Part shown: positions 49,188-58,840 of the stretch, in pieces | Layout: each line of letters starts with the position of its first letter | Numbering within the stretch: the stretch's first letter is position 1 | From: an uncultured delta proteobacterium | Lineage (GTDB): Bacteria > Myxococcota_A > Polyangia > Fen-1088 | Length of the DNA stretch: 64,000 bases | Reading direction: 5' to 3' | Assembly: GCA_963767925.1 (NCBI GenBank) | Contig: CAVYGB010000006.1 | Location: 288,001 to 352,000, forward strand | The notes under the pieces: generated by a model | Seen by the model: the letters and a program-made list of their open reading frames with translations, nothing else | Databases searched by the model: none | What the model was told of the DNA's origin: nothing | Program-made: the position numbers and the translations under genes

Positions 49188-50555
49188 TTAACGGTGGGCC
49201 GCCAGGGCGTCGTTCGCGTCCTTCTGCATGTCCGCAATCGCCTGGTCGACGGTCTTGGCGCCGGTGGCGGTCGGGGTGAGCCGGCCCTTCACAGCTGCAA
49301 AGAAGTTGCTCATCAGCGCCCCCTCGACGGTCTCGATGGCGCCGCCCGGGATGTAGCCCACCCACTGCCCCTTCTCGAGCAGCGGCTGGACCTTGGCCAG
49401 GGTGGGGTCGCCCGCGGCCGCCGCCGGGGTGCCGTTCACCTTCAGGGCCGGCAGCGCGCCGGTGGTGGCCGACCACTTGCGCATGGCCTCGGGCGACAGA
49501 GCGAGGGCCTTCAGGAAGTCGAAGGCCGCCTTCTGGTTCTTGCTGGTCTTGGGGACCACGAAGGCCCAGCCCGAGTTCTGCACGAACTTGTGCTCGCCGC
49601 CGTCCATCGGCGGCAGCACGAAGTATTCGTACACGGTGCTGCTCCCGGCGGGGACCTGCCCGCGGACGTTGGGGATGCCCCAGGTGCCGACGTAGCCCAT
49701 CACCGACAGGGGCTTGGCCGGGTCGCTCCAGCCGTAGCCGGTGGCGCCGAGCGCGAGGCGGGTGGTCACGAAGGTGTTCTCACCGGGGATCAGGCTGGTG
49801 TGCATGACCTTGCTGTCGGCCACCCAGCCCACCATCTCGCCCAGGGCGGCCTTGGCCTCGGTGGTGTTGAAGTTGAAGGTCCCGTCGTTGGCCCAGTAGT
49901 TGCCACCCTTCTGCAGGATCTTGCTGAAGAAGATGTGCTTGACCGGCTGGGGCCATTCCATCGCGATGTCGAGGCCGTTGGCCTTCGGCATGGTGCCGGT
50001 GCTGTCGTATTCGGTCAGCATGGCCGCCTCCTGGATGAACTGGGCCCAGGTGGTCCAGTTGGGCTTCATGCCGGCCCCGAACTTGTCCTGGTACTTGGTC
50101 AGGTTGACCACCACGCCGCCGTATTCGAGGTTGTACTCCATCGGCAGGCCCTTGAGCTTGCCACCGCAGGTCGTCCCCTGCAGGGGGGCGGCGAAGTACG
50201 TGTTCTGGGCCTCGCTGAGGGTGACGACGTCCTCGGGGATGTCGGCGATCTGATCGGCGAAGGTGCACACCCAGGAGGGCTGCACGCGGACGAGGTCGTA
50301 CTGGAGGGTGCCGGCCTTGAGGTTGCCCAGGAGCTGCGTGCCGAGCTCGGTGTAACGGAGGGTCGTCGCGTTCACCGTTACGTGGCTGTTGGTCTTGCGA
50401 TAATCCTCGATGAAGGCCGTGTCCGCGGTGTTGTAGTCGGGGTTGTCGTGCCGCAAGACAGTCAGAGTCACGGCCTGCGGTCCCGTGGGACCTTCGTTGT
50501 CATCGCCGCAAGCACCAACTAACCCCACCAGCGCCACCCAATAAAGTCTTCTCAT
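49188..50555 (-). CDS. Carbohydrate-type (type II) extracellular solute-binding lipoprotein, copy 2
   Basis: GAGAGG RBS; lipobox LVGAC; GLPMEYN, WTTWAQF and FVQNSGWAFVVPKTSKN motifs; paralog of 51892-53256. Confidence 0.88.
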   Translation of the reverse strand: MRRLYWVALVGLVGACGDDNEGPTGPQAVTLTVLRHDNPDYNTADTAFIEDYRKTNSHVTVNATTLRYTELGTQLLGNLKAGTLQYDLVRVQPSWVCTFADQIADIPEDVVTLSEAQNTYFAAPLQGTTCGGKLKGLPMEYNLEYGGVVVNLTKYQDKFGAGMKPNWTTWAQFIQEAAMLTEYDSTGTMPKANGLDIAMEWPQPVKHIFFSKILQKGGNYWANDGTFNFNTTEAKAALGEMVGWVADSKVMHTSLIPGENTFVTTRLALGATGYGWSDPAKPLSVMGYVGTWGIPNVRGQVPAGSSTVYEYFVLPPMDGGEHKFVQNSGWAFVVPKTSKNQKAAFDFLKALALSPEAMRKWSATTGALPALKVNGTPAAAAGDPTLAKVQPLLEKGQWVGYIPGGAIETVEGALMSNFFAAVKGRLTPTATGAKTVDQAIADMQKDANDALAAHR

Positions 50556-50626
50556 CAAAGCACCTCTCCGGTAGTTCACCAACCCGCTATCGGTCAACCG
50601 GGGTGCGACCTTGAGGGAATCGGGTG

Positions 50627-51835
50627 CTACTGGCAGGCCCCTGCCCGCGGAATATCCTCGAAGCCGTCTTCGCCGACGGTCCACCACTTGGTGGTCGCGG
50701 TGGGTGTCTGTCCGGAAACGTCGAACTGGATGAGCCCGGTCAGGCCGAAATATTCGATCTCCTGGCCCTGCCCCAGCAGCGCGAGCCCGCGCTCGAGCTC
50801 GTGCCACTGGATCGGCTGACCGCCGGCCCTGGTGACCTCCAGCACATGCGGGGCCAGCCGGTTGGTATCGGGGATCGCCCCCTCGCGGCTCATCGCCCGG
50901 GCCAGGGCGAAGACGGCGATCGCACCGGCATCATAGAAGGGATAGGCGTCGTCGAGGGGCACGTCCTGCCAGCGCTCGGCGAAGGCGGTCCGGAAGGCCC
51001 CCGCGCCGCCCACCGTTCCGGTCGAGACGCCCCGAGCGCCGTTCATGCCCCCCTTGGGGATTGACTCGAGGAAGGCGGGGGTGTGCAGGGTCGGCGAGAG
51101 GTACCAGCGGGTCGGATCGCCGAGCTCGCCGGTGGCGGTCAACGCGTAGACCAGGGCCGAGGCCGAGGTGGGGAAGGCGGCCAGCACGATGGCGTCCCGG
51201 TCGAGCACGGACCGGGAGATCATGCGCAGGCTCTCGCTGTCGGCGGCCAGGTCGGTCGGAAAGACCAGCTTCGGCATGCCGTAGGTGAGGCCCAGGTCCC
51301 AGGACAGGGCGTTGTTCTGGCCGGTCGGGTTGACCAGCAGGAGCGGGTTGGTGCGACCATCGCCGCGGAGCTGCGCCACCAGCTCGCAGGCGATCCGGGT
51401 GGTGCCGGCCCCCATGACGAACCAGGACGGGCGCCGCCACTCGACGTCGGAGGAGGTGTTGCTGCTGGGGAGAATGACGGTGCGGTCGATGAACAGCGGC
51501 CCCAGGTTGGCGATGAGGTCGGTGGTGTCTGGACCGATGACCAGCGCCACCCCGGCGTCGAGCAACTCGCGGGCGGGGACTCCTACCTTGCGGGGGTCGC
51601 TGCGGGTGTCCCGGGCCAGCAGCCGCAGCGGCCGGCCCCCGATCCCGCCCGCGGCGTTGGCCGCCTCGAAGGCCATCCGCAAGGCCCGCTCGGAGTTGAC
51701 GCTGTTGGCGGCCAGGTACCCCGTGTAAGAGAGGAGCAGGCCGACCGAGACGGCATCTCCCGGCGGCGGCTCGCGGTCACAAGCGAGCACGCCGCCGAGA
51801 GCAAGACAAATGAGGACGAGCCTGCTTACCGGCAT
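50627..51835 (-). CDS. LIV-type substrate-binding lipoprotein, copy 1
   Basis: Lipobox VLAC; VGLLLSYTG, NAAGGIGGR, RDTRSDP, WYLSPTLHTPAFL and PLDDAYPFYDAGAIAV. Confidence 0.85.
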   Translation of the reverse strand: MPVSRLVLICLALGGVLACDREPPPGDAVSVGLLLSYTGYLAANSVNSERALRMAFEAANAAGGIGGRPLRLLARDTRSDPRKVGVPARELLDAGVALVIGPDTTDLIANLGPLFIDRTVILPSSNTSSDVEWRRPSWFVMGAGTTRIACELVAQLRGDGRTNPLLLVNPTGQNNALSWDLGLTYGMPKLVFPTDLAADSESLRMISRSVLDRDAIVLAAFPTSASALVYALTATGELGDPTRWYLSPTLHTPAFLESIPKGGMNGARGVSTGTVGGAGAFRTAFAERWQDVPLDDAYPFYDAGAIAVFALARAMSREGAIPDTNRLAPHVLEVTRAGGQPIQWHELERGLALLGQGQEIEYFGLTGLIQFDVSGQTPTATTKWWTVGEDGFEDIPRAGACQ

Positions 51836-51860
51836 CGGAGTGGTTGAACCGTTATCACGG

Positions 51861-51895
51861 AGCCGGGCTCCCTCGCTTCGCTCGGGCCTGACTAG
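51861..51895 (-). repeat. Dispersed CTAG-CCCGAGCGAAGCGAGGG hairpin repeat, copy B
   Basis: Reverse complement reads CTAGTCAGGCCCGAGCGAAGCGAGGGAGCCCGGCT; its TAG is the stop of the upstream SBP gene. Confidence 0.8.
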
Positions 51896-53256
51896 CGGTG
51901 GTTGGCCAGCTCGGCGTTGGCCGCCGTCTGCATGTCGGTGAGCGCCTGCATGACCGTCTTGGTGCCCTTGACCGCGTCGAAGTAGTTGCTGACGAGGATG
52001 CCCTCGATGGTCTCCAGGCCGCCGGCCGGGATGTAACCCACCCACTGCCCCTTCTCGAACAGGGGCTGCACCTTCTGGAGCTGGGGATCGGCGGCGGCGG
52101 CGGCGGGAGTGCCGTTGGCCTTGAGGGCCGGGAGCGAGCCGGCGGTGGCGGCCCACTTGCGCATGGCCTCGGGTGACAGGGCCATCGCCTTGGCGAGGTC
52201 CCAGGCGGCCTTGGGGTTCTTGCTGGTCTTCGGCACGACGAAGGCGAAGCCCGAGTTCTGCACGAACTTGTGCTCGTCGCCCACCATGGGCGGCAGGGCG
52301 ACGAAGTCGTAGCGGATCGAGCTACCCGCCGCGAGCTGGCCCACGGTGTTGGCCAGGGCCCAGGTGCCGGCGTAGCCCATCACGCTGAGGGGCTTGGCGG
52401 CGTCGCTCCAGCCGTAGCCGCTCGCGCCGCTGGCCAGGCGCACGGTCACGAAGGTGTTCATGGCCGGCACCAGCTCGGGGAACATCACCTTCTCGGTGGC
52501 GACCCAGCGGACCATCTCGGTGAGGGCGGCCTGCCCGGCGGCGTTGGTGAAGTTGAAGTTGTGCTTGTTGCCGTCGAAGGCGGCGTCGGCGCCGTCCCAG
52601 TATTTGCCTCCGTTCTGGAGGATCAAGCTGAGGAAGATATGCTTGACCGGCTGGGGCCAGCCGTTGTCGATGTCGAGGCCGTTGGCCGCCGGCTTGGCGC
52701 CGTCGTATTCGGCGAGCTCGGAGGCCTGGCGAATGAAGTCCGTCCAGGTGGCCCAGCTCGGCTTGGCGCCCTGGTATTCGGCCTCGTATTTGGTCATGTT
52801 GACCACCACGCCGCCGTATTCCAGATTGTATTCGGTGGGCAGACCCTTGAGCTTGCCGCCGCAGGTCGAGCCGGCCAGCGGGGCGGCGAAGAAGGTGTTC
52901 TGCGCCTCGGGCAGCGTGATCACGTCCGTGGGCACGTCCTGGACGTTGTCGGCGAAGCCGCACACCCAGGAGGGCGGCACGATGACGAGGTCGGCGTCGA
53001 GCTTGTTCTGCCTCAGCTCGGCGAGGAGGGTGGAGGTCAAGGTGGGGTAACGGACGGTCGTCGGTTCCACCGTGATGTTGGGCTTGAGGGCCTTGTAGTC
53101 GGCCAGGAACTCGTCGTCTGCCTTCGCGTAAGGCGGATTGTCGTGCCGCAGGTACTTGAGGGTGACCGGCTTGTTCGGGTCCTCGGTCTCCCCCTCGCCA
53201 CAGCCGCCCAGCAGCGCCGCTCCCACCACCACCGCCCAATATGATGTTCTCTTCAT
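51892..53256 (-). CDS. Carbohydrate-type extracellular solute-binding lipoprotein, copy 1
   Basis: GGAGAGG RBS; lipobox LLGGC; GLPTEYN, EHKFVQNSGFAFVVPKTSKN and EKGQWVGYIP. Confidence 0.88.
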   Translation of the reverse strand: MKRTSYWAVVVGAALLGGCGEGETEDPNKPVTLKYLRHDNPPYAKADDEFLADYKALKPNITVEPTTVRYPTLTSTLLAELRQNKLDADLVIVPPSWVCGFADNVQDVPTDVITLPEAQNTFFAAPLAGSTCGGKLKGLPTEYNLEYGGVVVNMTKYEAEYQGAKPSWATWTDFIRQASELAEYDGAKPAANGLDIDNGWPQPVKHIFLSLILQNGGKYWDGADAAFDGNKHNFNFTNAAGQAALTEMVRWVATEKVMFPELVPAMNTFVTVRLASGASGYGWSDAAKPLSVMGYAGTWALANTVGQLAAGSSIRYDFVALPPMVGDEHKFVQNSGFAFVVPKTSKNPKAAWDLAKAMALSPEAMRKWAATAGSLPALKANGTPAAAAADPQLQKVQPLFEKGQWVGYIPAGGLETIEGILVSNYFDAVKGTKTVMQALTDMQTAANAELANHR

Positions 53257-53363
53257 GGTCTATCCTCTCCCTTTCCTGATGCCCCAGCCGATTTCGGCAA
53301 TTCTCGGGAAATACCTTAGACGGATCGGTCGGCGCCGATCACCGATCACCGATCACCCACCGA

Positions 53364-53966
53364 TCACTTGATGACCTTGGCCAGCCGGAGCAGGTCGCTG
53401 CTGAAGGCGGAGCCCTCGGCCTTGGCGGCCGGCAGGTTGACGACGATGGTGGGCTTGCCGTCCACCGGGAACACCCCGAGGGCGAGCCCCTTCTGCACGT
53501 GCTCCTCACGGCTACCGATGCTCACCATCTTCCGCTTGCGGGTCACCTCGAAGATGGCGGGCAGGTCGGCCTCCATCCCGATGCAGACGTAGAGCACGTC
53601 GACGCTCTGGCTGCTCACCGTCGTCATCAGGGTGGGGCCGTTGCTGAACGAGAGCTGGCTGATCTTCACCCCCAGCCCCTGTACCTTGGTGCCGCCGATG
53701 CCCCGGAAGGCCTTCACCATGGCGGCGGCCATGGTCTCGGAGGCGGGGTTGCCCGCCTTGGCCATCACGGCCACCGTGACGTCGTCGCCCGCGCGGTTCT
53801 TGATCTCGTCATCGTAGGCCAGCGCGCGGGTCAGGATGAGGACCTGGCGCTCGGGCGGGACCTCCTGCGCCGCCAGGGGCGCGGCCAGCCCGAGGACGAT
53901 GAGCAAGCAGAACGCCCCGACGAGGGACTCGACCCGGCGCCGTATGAAAGGTCCACTGCAGCTCAC
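53364..53966 (-). CDS. YfiR/HmsC (DUF4154) family periplasmic protein
   Basis: Signal peptide ending LAA-Q; C-terminus GKPTIVVNLPAAKAEGSAFSSDLLRLAKVIK matches the YfiR-family INxxAAxxxGxxxSSxLLxLA signature. Confidence 0.85.
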   Translation of the reverse strand: MSCSGPFIRRRVESLVGAFCLLIVLGLAAPLAAQEVPPERQVLILTRALAYDDEIKNRAGDDVTVAVMAKAGNPASETMAAAMVKAFRGIGGTKVQGLGVKISQLSFSNGPTLMTTVSSQSVDVLYVCIGMEADLPAIFEVTRKRKMVSIGSREEHVQKGLALGVFPVDGKPTIVVNLPAAKAEGSAFSSDLLRLAKVIK

Positions 53967-54224
53967 GTCATCTAACCGAGTAGCTCTAAGTCAAGGCCTC
54001 AAAGGTGAGTCGATATGCTCGCGCCTAGGTCATGGCCTTGCCCATCGACCCAACGCACGCGAACCTTTACCGGGGCTTCCATGGACGCCCAAGGAGTGTA
54101 GGGAGGCTTTCATTTCCTTCTATGACGATCATCGAGCGCGCCAGCTTCGATTCGGGATCGAGCGCCCGCGTCTAAAGTCGAACCGGAGGGGTGCCGACCA
54201 TAAGGGCCGACAAAGGCGCGGAAC

Positions 54225-54794
54225 ATGGCACTCGAGAATCAATTGGCCGACCTGTCCACGCCCAGCGCGGAGCTCGCCGAGCTCGCCGCCCGCAACGAGA
54301 AGAGCGCCGACGCCGACGATGGCTCCGCCCCGCTCGAGCAGGCCGAGCCCCCGCTGTCGCTGCTGTTCCTCCGCGTCGGACGGCGCTGGTTCAGCGTCAA
54401 GTCCGAGTCGGTGCGAGAGGTGAGCACCAAGGGCTACGTCACCCGTGTACCGACCGCTCCCACCTACGTGCTGGGCGTGACCCTCATCCGGGGGCGGCTG
54501 GTGCCGGTGCTGGCCCTCGAGGGCATGCTGGGCGCCATCACCGCCGGTGACACGGCCCAGACCCTGCCCCGGCTGGTGATCTTGCGTCACGAGGAGACCG
54601 AGATCGCGGTGGTGGCCGACGAGACCCGGGGCATCATCGAGCATCGCCTCCAGGACGCCGGCGACGGCAAGCGGTCGGCCGACCGCCCCCGCTACCTGGG
54701 CTCCGAGTTCACCTGGGACGGGCGCCTGGTCTGCATGATCGACGTGCCTCTGTTGATAGCCGAGGCCACGCCCCAGGGAACGGCCCGCCCGTGA
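54225..54794 (+). CDS. cheW: CheW coupling protein (FrzA-like)
   Basis: LFLRVG..VREV..TRVPTAPTYVLGVTLIRGRLVPVL..AVVAD. Confidence 0.9.
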   Translation: MALENQLADLSTPSAELAELAARNEKSADADDGSAPLEQAEPPLSLLFLRVGRRWFSVKSESVREVSTKGYVTRVPTAPTYVLGVTLIRGRLVPVLALEGMLGAITAGDTAQTLPRLVILRHEETEIAVVADETRGIIEHRLQDAGDGKRSADRPRYLGSEFTWDGRLVCMIDVPLLIAEATPQGTARP

Positions 54795-55198
54795 TCGTGC
54801 GGCCCACCATCCCCATCTTGCGCTGCTCGGCCGCCGGGATTCCGCTGGGCTTCGCCGCCGAGGAGGTGGCCGAGTTCCAGGTGGCGGGCCAGCGCACGCC
54901 CCACCTGGCCACCCTGCTGGGGATGAGGCCGGCGGGATCGACCCCTCCCGAGCCGAGCGAGACCGAGAAGCGCGAGCGGAAGACCCTCCGCCTGCGCGCG
55001 GGCCGCACGGCGGCCCTGGTGGCGGTGGACGGCCCCCTCAGCCTGCGGGCCGTCGCCCAGGCCGACGTCTTGCCTTTGCCGAAGCTGTTCAGGAAGGGAG
55101 CCATCGCGCCGATCATCGGATTCGCCGAGGAGGAAGGTCGGGTCGTCCTGCTGCTGGACGTACCCGGCATCATCCAGATGGCGACGGGCGCCTGGTGA
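54791..55198 (+). CDS. Short, degenerate CheW-like protein (FrzB-like)
   Basis: GTGA overlap with cheW; ALVAVD..VLPLP..IIGF..VVLLLDV C-terminal CheW pattern. Confidence 0.7.
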   Translation: MIVRPTIPILRCSAAGIPLGFAAEEVAEFQVAGQRTPHLATLLGMRPAGSTPPEPSETEKRERKTLRLRAGRTAALVAVDGPLSLRAVAQADVLPLPKLFRKGAIAPIIGFAEEEGRVVLLLDVPGIIQMATGAW

Positions 55199-55217
55199 CG
55201 CAAACAAGGATGGGAAA

Positions 55218-56573
55218 ATGAAGAAACTGGGCCTACGTTCGCGCTTGATGTTGACGATCTCGCTGCTCATCACGGCGATCGCCGGCTTCTTCGCGGTCTA
55301 TTTTCCCAGGAAGCAAGAAGAGGCGGCCAACATCGCGCTGCAGACGCGGGCCCTGGCGGTGTCGACGATCCTGGCCAAGCTTGTCGCGCCGGCGGTCGAG
55401 TTCGACGACGAGAAGGGGGGCTCGGCCGAGCTCCGCAACGTCAAGGACCAGCCCGACCTCCTCTACATCGCCGTCCTCCGCCAGGACGGCTCCTCCTTCT
55501 TCCGCCATCGCAGCAAGGGGGTGAACGCCAACCAGGAGCTGATCGAGCCGGTCACCGAGCAGAAGATCACCGATCGGAACAACGCCCTGCACGTGAGCAT
55601 GCCCCTCGTCAGCAAGGACGTCTCGGTGATCGGCACGGTGGTGGCGGGGTTCTCCCGGCAGTCGATAATCACCACCCAGAAGCAGAGCTTGCGGGCCGCC
55701 CTGGTCGTGAGCGCGGGCATCTTCCTGATCGGCCTGATGGTGGCCTGGGTGCTCAGCGTGGGGATCTCCAAACCCCTGCACGACGCCTCCCGCCGCCTCT
55801 CGGTGCTGTCCCAGGAGCTGGTGGGCGCGGCCCGCGGTCAGGAGTCGGCGGGCGCCGAACACGCCGCCGCGATCGAGGAGACCCGCCGCACCATGGAGCT
55901 GGTGCTGGGATCGGCCCAGGAGATCGCCCAGAGCTCCAGCATGGTGCTCGGCAACGCCGAGCGGACGGTGCAGGGCAACCGGGACGTCGCCCAGCGGATC
56001 AAGGAGCTCAACACCCACGCCGAGAAGGTGGCGGAGGTGCTCGCCACGATCATGCAGGTGGCCGACCGCACCGACCTGCTCGCCCTCAACGCCGCCCTCG
56101 AGGGGACCAAGGCCGGCGAGGCGGGCCGGGGCTTCGCCCTGGTGGCGGCCGAGATGCGCCGGCTGGCCGAGAGCGTGATGGAGTCGGTGGCCGTCATCCG
56201 CAAGCTGATGAACGACGTGCGCTCCGCCTCCCAGTCGGCGGTGCAAGCCGGTCAGGAGGGCATCGCCCTGTCCGAGCAAACCACCCGTTCGGCCGGGGAC
56301 ATCGCCCTCGTCACCCAGAAGCAGCGCCAGGCCACCGAGGAGGTGGGGCGCAGCATGGACGAGATGGCCGGCGCGGTGGCCAACACGATGGCCAACACCC
56401 GCCAGACCGTGCGCACGGCGGGCGAGCTGGCCGAGCTGGCCGGCGCCATCTCCTCGCTCATCGGGCGGGCGGGCCGCGAAGCGGGCGACCCCCGCGGGCC
56501 CGGCGGGATCACCCGCACCCGGCAGAATCAATCCCTGAACCACGAGGACTCGGAGGCCGCCGGGGGGGTCTAG
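55218..56573 (+). CDS. Methyl-accepting chemotaxis protein, 2 TM segments, CHASE8/YfiN-like periplasmic domain
   Basis: Two TM segments; periplasmic LAKLVAPAVEFDD..IAVLRQDG..LHVSMPL..IGTV; hairpin tip ADRTDLLALNAALEG..GEAGRGFALVAAEMRRLA. Confidence 0.92.
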   Translation: MKKLGLRSRLMLTISLLITAIAGFFAVYFPRKQEEAANIALQTRALAVSTILAKLVAPAVEFDDEKGGSAELRNVKDQPDLLYIAVLRQDGSSFFRHRSKGVNANQELIEPVTEQKITDRNNALHVSMPLVSKDVSVIGTVVAGFSRQSIITTQKQSLRAALVVSAGIFLIGLMVAWVLSVGISKPLHDASRRLSVLSQELVGAARGQESAGAEHAAAIEETRRTMELVLGSAQEIAQSSSMVLGNAERTVQGNRDVAQRIKELNTHAEKVAEVLATIMQVADRTDLLALNAALEGTKAGEAGRGFALVAAEMRRLAESVMESVAVIRKLMNDVRSASQSAVQAGQEGIALSEQTTRSAGDIALVTQKQRQATEEVGRSMDEMAGAVANTMANTRQTVRTAGELAELAGAISSLIGRAGREAGDPRGPGGITRTRQNQSLNHEDSEAAGGV

Positions 56574-56628
56574 ACCCCGGTGGATGGCGGCGGGCTCTTC
56601 GAGGCGCGACTAGCTCCGGTGGGGTTTC

Positions 56629-58839
56629 GTGGCGGGTGATCAGGATGCAAAGCTCCGCAGACGGCTCGAGACGTTCAGAACCGTCGCGCAGGAGCGGCTG
56701 GACCGGCTGAACCTCGGCTGGATCCAGTTCGAGCAGGGGACCGGCGGGCCCAACGCCGGGACCGTCTTCCTGCGCGAGATCCACACCCTCAAGGGGGAGG
56801 CGGGCCTGACCGGCTTCGCCTCGGTCTCGCGCCTGCTGCACCGGCTGGAAGACCTGGTCGGGGCGGTGGTCAAGTCGGGGGCTGCCCTCGACGCCAGCGC
56901 CGGCGACCTGGTGATGCGGGGCCTCGATCTGGCCGGCACGGTCATCAAGCGCGCGCCCGAGGCGGAGTCCCCCGACATCAACACCTTCCTCGAGGAGGTG
57001 CCCAAGCCCGATTCCAGGCCCAGCGCCCCGGTGGCCAGTCCGGTGCCGGTCGCGCCGGCGCCGGCGCCGCCACCTCCCGCGGCGGCGAGCGTGCCCCATC
57101 CGCCCGCCGCGCCCGCGGCCGCGGCCCACCCCCCCGAGGCGCCCCGCCGGGCCCAGGAGGCCGTGCGCCTCACCTCGGAGAAGCTCGACAGCCTGCGCGA
57201 TCTGGTGGCCGAGCTGCTGCTGACCCGGGTCCGCCTGGAACGATCGGCGGCCGAGCTGCGCAACGCCAAGGAGACCGCCCTCGAGCTGCGGCAGACCACC
57301 CGCCAGCCCGGGCAGCTCGCCAGCCGGGAGATCAACCAGCTCGGCGAGGCCCTCTCCGGCCTGGAGGTCCGCCTGCGCGACGAGGCCCACCAGGTCAGCC
57401 GGCTGGTGGGGGGCCTCGACTCGTCCACCCGCGATCTGCGCATGGTGCCCCTGGGCTTCCTGCTCGATCGCTTCCCGGTGGCGGTGCGGACCCTCTCGCG
57501 CAAGCTCGGCAAGCAGGTCCAGCTCCGCACCGAGGGCGACGTCACCGAGGTCGACCGGGAGGTGCTCGAGCGGCTGGCCGAACCGCTGCTCCACCTCATC
57601 ACGAACGCCGTCGACCACGGGATCGAGGACGTCGAGAAGCGGACCAAGTCCGGCAAGCCCGCCGAGGCAACCCTGGTGCTGCGGGCCTGGCTGGCCGGTC
57701 AGACCCTGCACGTGGAGGTGACCGACGACGGCGGCGGCATCGACGCCCGGTCGGTGCGCGAGCGGGCCATCAGCCTCAAGATCCTCGACCCGATGAGCGC
57801 CCGCCAGGTCAGCGACGACCAGATCATCCGCACCATCTTCTCGGCCGGCTTCTCCAGCCGCAGCCAGGTGACCGAGACCTCGGGGCGAGGCATCGGCCTC
57901 AACGTGGTGCTCTCGGCGGTCGAGGGGCTCGGCGGCCGGGTCGAGGTACGCACCACCCTGGGCCACGGGACGGTGTTTCACCTGCAGGTGCCCGTGACGG
58001 TGGCCATCTCGGCGGTGGTGCTGTTCCGCACCGGCGCCTCCCGCTACGCCATCCCCACCTCGGCGGTGGAGACCATCATCGAGAACACGGCCGAGGCCAG
58101 CGTCGACAGCGTCGACGGGCGGGCCATCAAATACTCCGGCCGGGTGATCCCCTTGATCTCCCTGGAGTCGCTGCTGGGTGAGCAGAGCATCGGGGTGAGC
58201 AAGGCCGGGCGGGGCGGGCGGATCCTCATCGTGCGCAGCGGCGGCGATCGGGTGGCCCTGGGCGGCAGCTTCGATCACGTCGAGCGCGAGGTCGTGCTCA
58301 AGCCGGCGGGCAAGTTCTTCGAGCAGCAGCGCCTGGTGAGCGCCGCCGTGCACCTCGAGGACGGGTCGCTGGCCCTGGTCCTCAAGCCGGCCGAGCTGGT
58401 GTTCGCCGCCCGGGGCGAGCGGCGCCCCGAGGTCGTGGTGGCGGGAAACTCGGCCCCCCGCACCGGGTTCGGCAAGACCGTGCTGGTCGTCGACGACTCG
58501 CCGGTGGTGCGGGACCTGATCGCGGACGCGCTGCGAGCCCACGGCATGCGGGTCATCGAGGCGGGCGATGGCGAGGAGGCCCTCAGTCTGCTGGCCACCC
58601 ATCCGAGTATTGATCTGGTGGTAACCGACTTCGAGATGCCGCGCCTCGACGGCATCGGCCTCATCCGGGCCAACCGGGCCCGGGAGAGCGGCCGCCGGCT
58701 GCCCATGGTGGTGGTCTCGATGCGTGGGAGCGAGAGCGACAAGCGGCTCGCCCTCGACGCGGGCGCCGACTCCTACCTGGTCAAGAGCGACTTCTCCCAC
58801 GCCGGCCTCTGGACGATGATCTCGCGTTTCCTGGGGTGA
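56629..58839 (+). CDS. cheA: CheA-REC hybrid kinase (FrzE-like)
   Basis: Hpt REIHTLKG; HLITNAVDHGIE, DDGGGID, GFSS, SGRGIGL; CheW domain; C-terminal VVDDS..TDFEMP..YLVK. Confidence 0.95.
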   Translation: MAGDQDAKLRRRLETFRTVAQERLDRLNLGWIQFEQGTGGPNAGTVFLREIHTLKGEAGLTGFASVSRLLHRLEDLVGAVVKSGAALDASAGDLVMRGLDLAGTVIKRAPEAESPDINTFLEEVPKPDSRPSAPVASPVPVAPAPAPPPPAAASVPHPPAAPAAAAHPPEAPRRAQEAVRLTSEKLDSLRDLVAELLLTRVRLERSAAELRNAKETALELRQTTRQPGQLASREINQLGEALSGLEVRLRDEAHQVSRLVGGLDSSTRDLRMVPLGFLLDRFPVAVRTLSRKLGKQVQLRTEGDVTEVDREVLERLAEPLLHLITNAVDHGIEDVEKRTKSGKPAEATLVLRAWLAGQTLHVEVTDDGGGIDARSVRERAISLKILDPMSARQVSDDQIIRTIFSAGFSSRSQVTETSGRGIGLNVVLSAVEGLGGRVEVRTTLGHGTVFHLQVPVTVAISAVVLFRTGASRYAIPTSAVETIIENTAEASVDSVDGRAIKYSGRVIPLISLESLLGEQSIGVSKAGRGGRILIVRSGGDRVALGGSFDHVEREVVLKPAGKFFEQQRLVSAAVHLEDGSLALVLKPAELVFAARGERRPEVVVAGNSAPRTGFGKTVLVVDDSPVVRDLIADALRAHGMRVIEAGDGEEALSLLATHPSIDLVVTDFEMPRLDGIGLIRANRARESGRRLPMVVVSMRGSESDKRLALDAGADSYLVKSDFSHAGLWTMISRFLG

Positions 58840-58840
58840 G

